64,000 bases of DNA from Diplonema japonicum. Taxonomy: Eukaryota; Protista; Euglenozoa: Diplonemea. How positions within the stretch are numbered: position 1 is the first letter of the stretch; each line of letters opens with the position of its first letter. Of the stretch, positions 11,983-22,080 are shown in pieces. Both the position numbers and the translations under genes were made by a program. The notes under the pieces were generated by a model. The model saw nothing but the letters and a program-made list of their open reading frames with translations, had not been told where the DNA came from and made no database searches. Location of the stretch: positions 620,001 through 684,000 of the forward strand of contig OZ025670.1 in the NCBI GenBank assembly GCA_964019335.1, written 5' to 3'.

Positions 11983-12522
11983 ATGGCACGGAATATAAGA
12001 GATGTCGGAGCGACCCTGGCAGACATGGGGTGCAGCCTCATCAAGACGGGCACACTGCTGCGAAGCGGGGACTTAAATCATACGTACACGCAAGAGGAGG
12101 TGATGGGCGCGAGGTGCATCTTGACCCTTAAGAGGTCAGCAGACGAAGAGGTTCTCAACGATGTGGCGTACCTGCGAGTGGAAGCACCTTCTAGGAGTGA
12201 AGGGGAGAAGTATGAAACAGATAAGAAAATGTGCAGATTGTGGTTGAGGGAAGTAGTTAAGTGCATCACTCAGCAGAGTGAAATACCTGTTTTAGTGCAT
12301 TGCACCTTCGGGAGGGACAGGACTGGCATCGTGGTTGCATTGATCTTGTACCTCTGCGGTGTCCCTTCGCATCTTATTAAGCGAGAGTTCATGCTGTCGC
12401 CTGATGCGCCTTCAGATTTGTGCGATGTCATGCTGAACGGCTTCACTGGCATCGACACAGAGCTCAGAAAGCGAAAGGATGTTGACATCAGTAAATTACT
12501 AAGCATGTTCCTTTCAAGTTAA
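11983..12522 (+). CDS. Protein tyrosine/serine phosphatase, Y_phosphatase3 (PtpB/IphP-like) family
   Basis: NIRDVG, LLRSG and P-loop PVLVHCTFGRDRTG. Confidence 0.85.
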   Translation: MARNIRDVGATLADMGCSLIKTGTLLRSGDLNHTYTQEEVMGARCILTLKRSADEEVLNDVAYLRVEAPSRSEGEKYETDKKMCRLWLREVVKCITQQSEIPVLVHCTFGRDRTGIVVALILYLCGVPSHLIKREFMLSPDAPSDLCDVMLNGFTGIDTELRKRKDVDISKLLSMFLSS

Positions 12523-12679
12523 GCTGCTGGGGACTTGTCGATGTGGATTCAGTACCTATCCTCCACTGTGATCCTATCCTTTGACTTCTTGTCAGTTTAT
12601 CTATTTCTAACCCTTTTTCTGAAAGAGAAGAAGTCACGCGACACAACAGGCAGCCGGGTGCCTTTGAAAACACAAAAAA

Positions 12680-13442
12680 ATGAACGGCGTGCGTGCAGCC
12701 ATGGAGGGGCCGAAGTTTGCTGTCGTCAAGGTGCTGAGGGTATGGTGTTCCTTTTTTTTTTTTCAAATTGACAATAAATTGCGCAGAACCAGCACCGGGT
12801 GGTTGAGGGAGACCGATTGCAAATAGGAGAGCCATTGTGGGCGGATATTGGAGAACAAATTAGGCTGAAGAAAGTGATGATGGTCGGGGGTGAGCAGTTT
12901 ACGGCCATCGGACGGCCGTTGCTTGAAAATGCTACAGTGGAGGCGACGGTAGAGGAGCACTTCAGGACGAAAGTGCAGTACAACTACAGCCGGAACCGAA
13001 ACAACATTATCGGGGGGCGGTGGATCGACAACATCATGCCGAACACCATTATTAGGATAAACAAGATTGTGTTTAACCCGGAGATGAAGGTAGAGGGCAG
13101 TAACGAGTATTATCAGATCAACGAAGCGGGCGAGGAGGAGGCACGAGGCCTAGACGCGAATGAGGCATCAATCGACCCCGTGAAATGGAGGACAACGCCC
13201 AACGGGCCCTACCACGACCAGCACCTCAGACCGCAACTCGACCCGGAGGTATGTTCCAACCCACGACCTACCCTACCACAGATCGCCGACTACATTAAAT
13301 GGCGCAAACTGGAACAAATCCAAGATCTTCGTCTTCATACTCCTGGTATGAAATATTGGTGGTGGCCCAAGGTATGCCTTACGCGCCTCCCTGCATTTCA
13401 TCACAGGACCGATTCGAGTCTGGTGTCTTGGAGAATCGTTAA
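12680..13442 (+). CDS. MRPL21: Mitochondrial ribosomal protein bL21m
   Basis: FAVVKV..NQHRV.EGD, VMMVGG..FT.IGRP.L....VEATVEE; introns 12740-12786, 13249-13281, 13372-13406; stop TAA at 13440-13442. Confidence 0.85.
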
Positions 13443-13524
13443 TCTGCTTAATGTCCTGCATATTACTAGTGTTCAGCTTCTTAATTATTGTTCTATTTCT
13501 ACATCACCACCATAGCAGGAAAAC

Positions 13525-16422
13525 ATGAAGTGCGTGTGCTTAGCACTGCTCATGGCTGGCGTCTGCCAGGCATCGCCTCTTTCAGACGCTCTCAATGACC
13601 TTACCTTCCTGAACAAAGGAGTATGGACAAACAAGGATACCATTACTGTCATGGAACAACCCTCGCTCTACCTGGAGCCTGAGAACATCACCACCACTGA
13701 TTACGCATGGGCAAGCGGGTCTTCTACACCCACTGTGTTCAGCGGCCCTGTCGATATGGAGTGCAACCCTGGGCCTGTTCAGCAAGGGTACGACCTTCCA
13801 GGGGCCGACAGCAAGCAGGTGGTGGGAGGCACTGCTGCACAATGTGCGCAGAGCTGCTGTACTGACCACACGTGTGCTGCGTGGGTGTTCGATGTAAAGG
13901 CGCCTACGTCCTATGGCTCTTGTAAAGCAGGCGAACCCTGTTGTTACATGAAGAACTCAGTTCCTGCTAAGAAGGCGAACGCGGGTCTCTCATATGGGAT
14001 GGTAACAAGACTACCTGTCCCCGATTCTGCAGCGCCACCTGTCGGCATCAGGTCAGCACCTCCTTTGGGCGGGCTCGCTGCAGGTACTATTGAGATGCGC
14101 GGTGACGGGACCCTTACTGCCTGGACTACTGAGAACAACTCACCAGCGGGTTCTGCAAAGCTCTCTAAGCAGAAGAAGGCTGCATTCGGCGCTTCTGTGA
14201 GGGCGCTGGACAGCACATGGTCATGGACGAGATTACTGCAAACTCACCCTAGCGACTCTTTCACAACTGGCGTTGAATCTCTGACCTTCGGTGGGTCGCC
14301 TCCCGTGACTCGCCTGCAGACCAAGAGCCCCGAAAACGTCGACATCTCGCTCTTTGGGTACAGCAGAATGGCGTCTGGAAACATGACTAGGAGCCACCAC
14401 CCTGCCATCGCCTTCAGCATGATGTTCAAGAACAATGCCCCGAACAAGATGAACGTAGCCGCTTTCTTCAACCTTCCTGCTTTTGCTGAGAATACCCAAC
14501 GCCATGGAAAAGCGTACAACACCACCGCCGCAGAGTCCTCCGAGATGTGCCGCAAGCTGTGCAACATTGACCCGAAATGCATGACGTGGAACTACGGGGC
14601 GTCCGGGTGCGCCATGCAGTCGGACGTGCCTCTTTACGCTTTCGAGGATGGGACGTCTTCTGGTGCCAGGGGCAGCTGGATCCAAAGAACGAACGGGATC
14701 ACGATTAACAAAGAGGTGGTAGGGCCCACTGCAGGGAACTACACGCTGGTAGGGACTGGCGGTGTGGTCACGGTTGGGACAGGGGACTTCCAGGGTTTGT
14801 GGACGCAATTCGAGCAGACTGGGAAGCTCAGCAATATGGTGGATCCGAATGGAGGGCACGGTGCTATGGCTGTGAACGCGGACGTTGCTGCTGGTGAGAC
14901 TGTAGTGCTAACCATTGTGCTGGGGTACTACTACCCAAACCACAACTACCTCTCACAGATGCTGGGGAACCAGTACACGAAGTACATCACTGACTCTAGA
15001 GATGCAGCAACTATCCTCGCAAACGACCTTGTGCCCACCTTGAAAGACATCTCCGCCATCCATGACCCTGTTCTGAAGTCCACGCTTCCCGTGTGGATGC
15101 GTGACACGCTGATCGGGACCCTGCACCACGTGAGGTCCGCGATGTGGTTCCACGACGGACGATGGAGGCAGTGGGAGGCGTACGATTGTGTGAACATGGA
15201 CAGCGTGCACAACGATGGTGAGAGGCACATTCCGTACATTATGTTGTTCCCTGAGTCGACAAAGTCTAAGATAGTCGCGTGGGGCAAGGTGCAACTCAAG
15301 AACGGTATGATCCAGGAGCAGCTGGCATGCGGGTGCATGGGGGGTATTGACGCTGGCTTTGAGCATGGCTGCGGTCGTGTCATGTCTGACGTGAGCACTA
15401 TGTACATCATCTACCTGCTGGAGCTGCTAAAATGGAACAACGACGTTGCGTTTGTAAAGGAGTGGTACCCAATTGCGAAGAAGGCTGCTGAGTGGCAGAT
15501 CGCTGTGTCAACTGTGAGCGGGATGCCCTACAAGCTTCAAACCACATACGACATCCTCGGGTTGAACAGGTACGACGCTGCCACGTACTCGACTGTGTTC
15601 CACATTGCTGCCATGCGTGCCATGGCAGAGCTTGCCAAGTTCATGGGAGACAGCGATGCGGCGAAGTACACCGCAGCAGGAGATGCTGCACGCCAAGGTC
15701 TTGACAGCATGATGTGGGACGAGGACCTTGGTGCCTACATTGCGTACACAGGGGGCAGGGCTATCATGTCGGACAGCTTCTATGGGCAGGTCTTGGCGCA
15801 CAGCGTGGGTCTGGGAGATATCGTCGATACAACTCGTCTTGGCCGCCACTTGGACACGGAGGGGAAGATGAACTACGACCCCTTCGGTTTGAAGATCCTG
15901 ACAAACAGAACGACGGGCAACTCTGTGACAGAGAACGACATTTGGCTAATGGCGCCTGCAGACCACGGTGCATTGCGTTTGGCCATCAACCACGGGACCG
16001 TGGAGGAGGCACTGGAAGTGGTGTCGCGCCCGTACCTAAGGTTCACACAGGGCATCAACGACGTGTGGAACGCGTGCGGCATCATGAGAGGGAACTACAC
16101 CGCCTTCCCTGGCTCGAACTACATTACCTCCCACTATGGGTACTACATGACCATCTGGCATACCATGCTCAGAATGTCGGGTCAAAACATCGACAGGCAT
16201 GCAGGTGTTGTGTCTTTCTCTCCTGCTGACACTACGGACGACTTCGTGCTGCCGGTGTTCCTCCCGTCCCTGGTTGGGAGCCTGAGCCGCAGTGGCAGCG
16301 TTATGAAGCTGTGTATCACGACCGGAGACCTTCAGTGGACAACGCTGAACTTGTGGGGCAAAACCTACAACACCGCAGCGAAGAGCCTCTCTGGAGGCAG
16401 CTGCGTGAACTGGACGCTGTAG
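13525..16422 (+). CDS. Secreted glycoside hydrolase family 116-like (GBA2-type) protein with two PAN/Apple-like modules
   Basis: Signal peptide; APPLGGLAAGTIEMRGDG (GH116 N-domain); Cys modules CAQSCCTDHTCAAWVF..CCYMK and CRKLCNIDPKCMTWNY..C; C-terminal (alpha/alpha)6-type region with WEAYDC, TTYD. Confidence 0.8.
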   Translation: MKCVCLALLMAGVCQASPLSDALNDLTFLNKGVWTNKDTITVMEQPSLYLEPENITTTDYAWASGSSTPTVFSGPVDMECNPGPVQQGYDLPGADSKQVVGGTAAQCAQSCCTDHTCAAWVFDVKAPTSYGSCKAGEPCCYMKNSVPAKKANAGLSYGMVTRLPVPDSAAPPVGIRSAPPLGGLAAGTIEMRGDGTLTAWTTENNSPAGSAKLSKQKKAAFGASVRALDSTWSWTRLLQTHPSDSFTTGVESLTFGGSPPVTRLQTKSPENVDISLFGYSRMASGNMTRSHHPAIAFSMMFKNNAPNKMNVAAFFNLPAFAENTQRHGKAYNTTAAESSEMCRKLCNIDPKCMTWNYGASGCAMQSDVPLYAFEDGTSSGARGSWIQRTNGITINKEVVGPTAGNYTLVGTGGVVTVGTGDFQGLWTQFEQTGKLSNMVDPNGGHGAMAVNADVAAGETVVLTIVLGYYYPNHNYLSQMLGNQYTKYITDSRDAATILANDLVPTLKDISAIHDPVLKSTLPVWMRDTLIGTLHHVRSAMWFHDGRWRQWEAYDCVNMDSVHNDGERHIPYIMLFPESTKSKIVAWGKVQLKNGMIQEQLACGCMGGIDAGFEHGCGRVMSDVSTMYIIYLLELLKWNNDVAFVKEWYPIAKKAAEWQIAVSTVSGMPYKLQTTYDILGLNRYDAATYSTVFHIAAMRAMAELAKFMGDSDAAKYTAAGDAARQGLDSMMWDEDLGAYIAYTGGRAIMSDSFYGQVLAHSVGLGDIVDTTRLGRHLDTEGKMNYDPFGLKILTNRTTGNSVTENDIWLMAPADHGALRLAINHGTVEEALEVVSRPYLRFTQGINDVWNACGIMRGNYTAFPGSNYITSHYGYYMTIWHTMLRMSGQNIDRHAGVVSFSPADTTDDFVLPVFLPSLVGSLSRSGSVMKLCITTGDLQWTTLNLWGKTYNTAAKSLSGGSCVNWTL

Positions 16423-17068
16423 GTGTTACCAACAGAATCATCTAGTTGCTGTCTTAGATGAGCTCGTATGGTTTTACATACTTCTTCTTTGCAGGTCCAG
16501 TGGATCTGCGGCTAGAAATTTGATTCATATCTTGTTACATTTCAAACGTTTCTTGTATGGCGCGCATTTCAAAAGAACTGCCAAGCTCCGTGCCGCAGAA
16601 GCCGTCGCGACACGGACAGGGCTCTCTACTTGAAACAAAACCGTCATTATTTATCCCTTTAGCTTTGTCTTTGTCTTACGTTTAACATTTCTGTGCTGGT
16701 TTCCGAACTAATCATGCTGCCCACGAGGCCCCTTGCAAACAGTCTGAACCTCCGTTTCACGAACCCACGCACGGCTCATCTTTTCTTTATTCTCCTTCCT
16801 CTTATTTTCCCCGCATACGCTTATCTCGAAGGTTCTTCAGCATAAGAAGTTCTAAAACGTGTCTCCATTTGCTGAACCAACGACGGGGGTAAGCCTTGTT
16901 CTTTTCTCTCTTTGGTATGGTGCTTGGTTGGCGATCTATGACCACTTGAGAAAAGCCACCCTTACATGCACTAAATACCAAGCCTTCATACATTTCAGTT
17001 GTGCACTCAGGACCCTTACGCTTAAATACAAGGTTTTTTTCGCGATTCCTTTATAAGTTTTACCAGGA

Positions 17069-17854
17069 ATGGAACAGGAAGATGTCAAAGACAAGCTAAG
17101 ACGCGGCCTACAAGAGTTCACGATACCAATCACATGCAGTGACCCAAAGTTAACAGAGGCGGTGATACGGATAGAAGGGAGCGATATAGGGATACACACG
17201 GGGAAGTACTTAAGTATGAAAGCGCACAATTTACTGAGCTTGCTGGCAAGGGAGAAGATGAAGGTTTGTGAGATGAGCGAAGTGATAGCATGGCTGAGCA
17301 GAGCTGTTCTTCTAGACGAGATTGTGAAGATGTACTACCCCAGTAGCACTGATGCACCCGGTGCGATCCATCGAAGTTGGGTATACTTCCATCATCTTTG
17401 CTCACCAGCGAAGGTCTCACAGGCGATTTGCTGGGCTGCCGACCTCTCTCTCAAAGGACTGATCATCCCTGGCCAGCCTGGCTGCGCAGTAGTGGAAGGC
17501 GATCTCCAGAGCATCGTTTACTTCCACGAAAGGATGCGTCTCTTCTCGTGGCGTGACATGAAAGTCCTCCTCATCACACAGCCCACTACTACCCTTGGCT
17601 TGGACTGGACCGGCCTCCGCCACATCGACGACACTAACCCCTGCTGCGTCTTGAAGGGCAAAGGCGTTAAAGGTCGCGACACCACTGACTACGGTATCCT
17701 CGCCGATAAGATCACGAGTAGCTTAGCGAGGGACCTTCTCACCCTCCTGCCTTGCTTCAGTGGCGGTAAGGTACCTGAGCAAGATGTGCCTATTCCCCCA
17801 CCCCCTACAACAGGTAGCAGCGTAAACAAGAAGAAAAAGAAACGCCTCCAGTGA
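17069..17854 (+). CDS. RWDD2-like protein (DUF1115 domain)
   Basis: R.WVYFHH...K....WA..L.L.G....G.PG...VEG pattern of RWDD2/DUF1115. Confidence 0.75.
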   Translation: MEQEDVKDKLRRGLQEFTIPITCSDPKLTEAVIRIEGSDIGIHTGKYLSMKAHNLLSLLAREKMKVCEMSEVIAWLSRAVLLDEIVKMYYPSSTDAPGAIHRSWVYFHHLCSPAKVSQAICWAADLSLKGLIIPGQPGCAVVEGDLQSIVYFHERMRLFSWRDMKVLLITQPTTTLGLDWTGLRHIDDTNPCCVLKGKGVKGRDTTDYGILADKITSSLARDLLTLLPCFSGGKVPEQDVPIPPPPTTGSSVNKKKKKRLQ

Positions 17855-17903
17855 TTCTTACTTTACTATCTTTTGATAAATGCACATTGAGCACCAAACA
17901 GTC

Positions 17904-19475
17904 ATGGCAAGTTTTGCTTCGAGCATAACATCACCGCTCACCTCATGTGCTCCTGGCCATGCTGTGGTGGCCTCTTTACATAGTGTAGCAAAGCTGAGCC
18001 ATGTGAAATCAGAAGAGCTTCTAGAGGCTCTGCACAAGACGCAAAGTGTGTACGATGCAGTGCAGGTGACCAGCGAAGGAGACGATGTGACGATAGATGA
18101 CCCGTCGGTGGTGGGGGATAGCAAGGGGGCTAAGGCGCGGATAATACAAGGCAAGACACGAGCATGGGGTGAGACGTCCTCGTTGATGGGACACTCTGTA
18201 CTGTCAACGTCGCTCAGCACAGTTCTGACGGCAACGCCTTCAAGCGTAAGGATAAAAGCAGCACATGCACCGCTCGATGCACTGTACTTGATCCCTAACC
18301 ATGACGACTCGTGCGGAGTGGTGATCCCCCAGCTGGTGAGGACGCCGTCCATAATCCCTACATTCCCGCCTGTAATCAAGCAGGTGAAGGAGATTGGCAT
18401 CCAGGACGATGGTTTCTACTACCTTGTCGTGGAGTACGCTCGGCCTGCCTTCATATGGGTGATCCTCTTGGTGGCTGTTATCGGACTTGCATCTAAAGCC
18501 GTGGTCGCCGAGCATATGTACCCCCCAGAGGTGCCTCCCGTTGTGAAGAGCGTGTGGATGACAGGTGTTTGCGCCACAAGCTTTGCATGCCTTGCTGTAG
18601 TGGAGTACTACTCGACACCTCGCGAAAACCGAAATCACTTATCTGAATTACTGGCAAAGAAGCCCTTTGACCTCTTGGCAACATACATACTAGGGGCGTC
18701 AGAACCGCACCACCGGCAGCAGCAGGAAAGGGAAATACCTTGTTTTGGATTTCTTATGGTGGTCCTGAGCAGTGTGCTGCACGGCCTGTTTTCACTTTCC
18801 TTCTTAGTGTCTCTGTCGTACACATCGTTGGAGCAGTGCATTGTTTTGATGAATTTGCATCCGATCCTCGTGCTTCTGAGCCGCTTTAACCGCACCCACC
18901 AGATGGAGCGTGTGGGTGCGCTGCTTGTAAGTGTGAGTGTGTTCAGTCTTATTTATTCCTCACCGAGGACCAGCGAAGGAAGCAACCCTTTGCTAGGCAA
19001 CCTTCTCGCCTTTATGGTGTCTGTGTACATGTGGGTGTATCTCAACTTGAGTCAGCAGCTGCAAGCGGACGTTCCGAACAACATGCTGATGACGATCATC
19101 AACACAATATCATTCGTTGTGCAGGTGCTTTATGTTATCGGCTTCGAAAGCACCAGCGTGTTCGTAGAACTGGGGGACTTCTCATCACACACTCTCCCCA
19201 ACGTTCTGGGCGGCCTCATTGGGGGTACCCTTGCGTACGGGGGCTTTATGATATCCGGGAGATATCTTAACCCACTGGTTGTTTCTGTCCACATCACGTT
19301 GGAGCCTCTATTTGCTGTTCTCATCAACATCGCATCAGGCGGGGCCTCGCCATCATTTATGACATGGGAGTCCCTTACCGTTCTCATCGTTGGCGCGGTG
19401 CTTGTGGCAATAGGAGGAAAACATGAACAGGAAGACAAAGTCGTCACCGACCACGACACTCTTGTCCTTACCTGA
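17904..19475 (+). CDS. DMT/EamA-family transporter with N-terminal extension
   Basis: About 10 TM helices in two repeats; SL.YTS, GNLLAF, LEPLFA motifs; ATG 17904 follows ACAG. Confidence 0.8.
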   Translation: MASFASSITSPLTSCAPGHAVVASLHSVAKLSHVKSEELLEALHKTQSVYDAVQVTSEGDDVTIDDPSVVGDSKGAKARIIQGKTRAWGETSSLMGHSVLSTSLSTVLTATPSSVRIKAAHAPLDALYLIPNHDDSCGVVIPQLVRTPSIIPTFPPVIKQVKEIGIQDDGFYYLVVEYARPAFIWVILLVAVIGLASKAVVAEHMYPPEVPPVVKSVWMTGVCATSFACLAVVEYYSTPRENRNHLSELLAKKPFDLLATYILGASEPHHRQQQEREIPCFGFLMVVLSSVLHGLFSLSFLVSLSYTSLEQCIVLMNLHPILVLLSRFNRTHQMERVGALLVSVSVFSLIYSSPRTSEGSNPLLGNLLAFMVSVYMWVYLNLSQQLQADVPNNMLMTIINTISFVVQVLYVIGFESTSVFVELGDFSSHTLPNVLGGLIGGTLAYGGFMISGRYLNPLVVSVHITLEPLFAVLINIASGGASPSFMTWESLTVLIVGAVLVAIGGKHEQEDKVVTDHDTLVLT

Positions 19476-19716
19476 CCCTCTCAAGACAACACTTACCCTT
19501 CCTACCTCCGAACATATCTGCTCGTACGTCAGCAGAGAGCCTGCTGTTATGCGAAGTGGAAAGAAAGAAAGAAAAAAAAAAGAATACTAAAATAATGATA
19601 AGGAGGCCTTCCGGCAAATAGTGAATCATCAAAATCTCAGTATGATAGACAAACTTCCGTTTATTAGCATTGCTGCTTTACAGCTTCCTTCAAATCACAC
19701 TAGGTGGTACACAGTG

Positions 19717-22009
19717 ATGGGCTTTTGTAGTGCTTGTGGCACACCACAGCCAGCTACGGCACACTACTGCTTTAAATGTGGCACATCTCTTGTGTTATTA
19801 GAGGAGGCTTCGAAGCGCAGGCACAGTATGACAAGTACTAGCGCAAGTGTTGCACGTGGCCGCGAAAGGATGTCTCCTCGTTCGAGGTCTGGAAGTCCTC
19901 CCGAGATGCTTCCCCCCGCAGGCAGGTCTAGCATACGCATTATGAAAGAGAGGTTCGCTGTGGTGCCCCCCTTTGCTGTAGGCGGGTGCATGGACCAGAG
20001 TGATACGTCGAGCAACGCGGATGCAAGACACAAAAGACTGGCTGTTTGCTCTGATTACCCAAACTCCGTTGCCCCCACTACTACTACCACCCCACAAAGA
20101 TCGCGTAGCACACCCACCTTTCGAAGGAAGGGTCGTGCGTTCATCGACCATCGGCACGGTGATGAAGCCTCACGCGACATCATTTTCCCTGATACCATGC
20201 CCACCCAGGCCACTCCCCCGAGACTCAGGCAGAGGCGAGAAGAGCGCGAACGTATTAGGAAGGGTGTCAAGACCTTATCGGAGATGCTGGGTGAGTTCCC
20301 ACCAGGGAGCATTAGGAAGCTGCGTGTCAAGAAGAAGCACCTCGCTTACAAAAACGGCTTAGTCATCGATGAGGACAACTATATAACGAGCGTAACACCC
20401 AACGGCCCTGCCGACATTGCGGGTGCTCAGGTTGGGATGCGGGTACTTGCTGTAGATGGGGAATGGCTAGGGATGGCACATGCAACAACACTAATGAATG
20501 CAAAGGAGTATCAGCTTATATGTGTGAAACCGGAGGAGGACGATTCATCCGTGAGTAGTGGCGCAACCACTCCCGCAGGTTCAGTGTCACCTGTGCGACA
20601 CTCACGGCCAGCAGAGCCAGACTCACCTGAGCGGCAAGACAGAATCTGGAGAGGTGAGGACAATGGGAGAGGAAGAAGTGGTGGCGGTGGTGGTGGAGGG
20701 TACGGAGGTGGCAGTGGTGGTGGGTATGGAGGTGGTGGCGGTGGTGGAGGGTATGGGGGTGGAGGACATGGAGGTGGCAGTGGTGGTGGAGGTGGAGGGC
20801 ATGGAAGTGGTTCAGCATGGGGCACACCATCTAATACTCAAAACGTAGGGTCGCAACAAGTCATAAAACGATTCCACCAAAAACAAAAGCTGCTCAATGG
20901 CTTCCACACAGATGACAGCAGTTATATTGCAAGGAGCAAGTCACCACCAGAGCGAAGCAGAAGTGCAGGCAGTGCAAGAGCGGCAGCAATTACGATATCA
21001 CCACCGAGAACAAGAAAGGGAAGGGCACCTGCCACTGATCACGACAAGAATACTCCCATGAAGTCTAGAAGTGCCAAACCGCTGAAGGTCAACAATGAAT
21101 TCTTTAAGAGGGCAGAAGGGACACCAGGGACCGGCCGCCAGAGGTACGATATGAGCGACCCTGGTGTCGAGATCTACGACTCACCTCGGAGGCTAGCGTA
21201 CGATGACACAAAGCCTAAGATTGATGACCCTGTGCTGGCACCTTCGTCTGGCTACACAGCAGACACCCCACCCACAATTGGGCTGGGCACACCCCACAGC
21301 ACTAGTACTGGTGCGGTGCTCCTCTCAAGTGTACCGCAAGGAAGACGCCCGCTACAGCAGACACCAAAGGACGCCAGCGGCACTGCACGCGAGAAGTACT
21401 TGAAAAGAGTGGGCAAGCACACAGAGCCCGATACACATGAAAATGTTTACCCTGCGCAACAGCTACAGCCTTACCAAGATATGACAGCCTTTCAGCATGT
21501 GCCGTCTAGTAGCTTCGAGAACAACGACTACGAATCGAACCATGGCCGAGAGCAAGGTTACGAGGGGGACAGTTTTCAGGATGACTCAGTTGCTGTTGTA
21601 CCTAAAGAGCGCCAGTTAGACACAAGTGAAGTATGGCCTACGGATCCCACGATGCGTGCAAGAACAACACCTCATAAGAAGGGGAAAGCTGCCTGTGCTT
21701 GCAGCACTTCCCCGTTCTCACTGACCAGAGCTTACAACTGCACGACCTGCAACAGCTCGTGCTGCATGGACTGCTACTGGGCAGGTAAGTGCCTGAGCTG
21801 TAAAACTCCGCACGTGTCCGTTTTCAAGTGGTCGGACTCGCCAAATCCAATGGTCGGCCCTAACGAGGAGAAGTATAGGTCCTTCCGACCCACGCCAGGG
21901 AAGCAGGTATGTTTCATTTCCTTTGCGACAGCCTTTACAGATACGCAACAAGACGCGGCGGGCAGATTTGGAGTATACAGATAGGCTGATAGCTAAGCTC
22001 TCAGCATAG
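19717..22009 (+). CDS. Low-complexity protein with N-terminal zinc ribbon, PDZ-like domain, Gly-rich tract and C-terminal Cys-rich finger
   Basis: FC..CG.......C..CG; GLVID...ITSVTPNGPADIAG..VGMRVLAVDG (PDZ); GGGYGG tract; CAC...C..C....C..C...C..C; intron 21907-21940. Confidence 0.7.
20677..20812 (+). repeat. Coding (GGT/GGA/GGC)n glycine-rich low-complexity repeat
   Basis: Encodes GGGGGYGGGSGGGYGG; source of the antisense poly-Pro/His ORFs. Confidence 0.9.
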
Positions 22010-22080
22010 ATAGTTTGTTCCCCTCCCTTTGTATCCCTTATTTGTTGCTTTTATATACGCTATTCTAATCCTACAGTCAG

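Noticed and set aside
20511-20848. Extensin-like poly-Pro and His-rich ORFs
   Set aside because: Alternative frames of the Gly-rich repeat.
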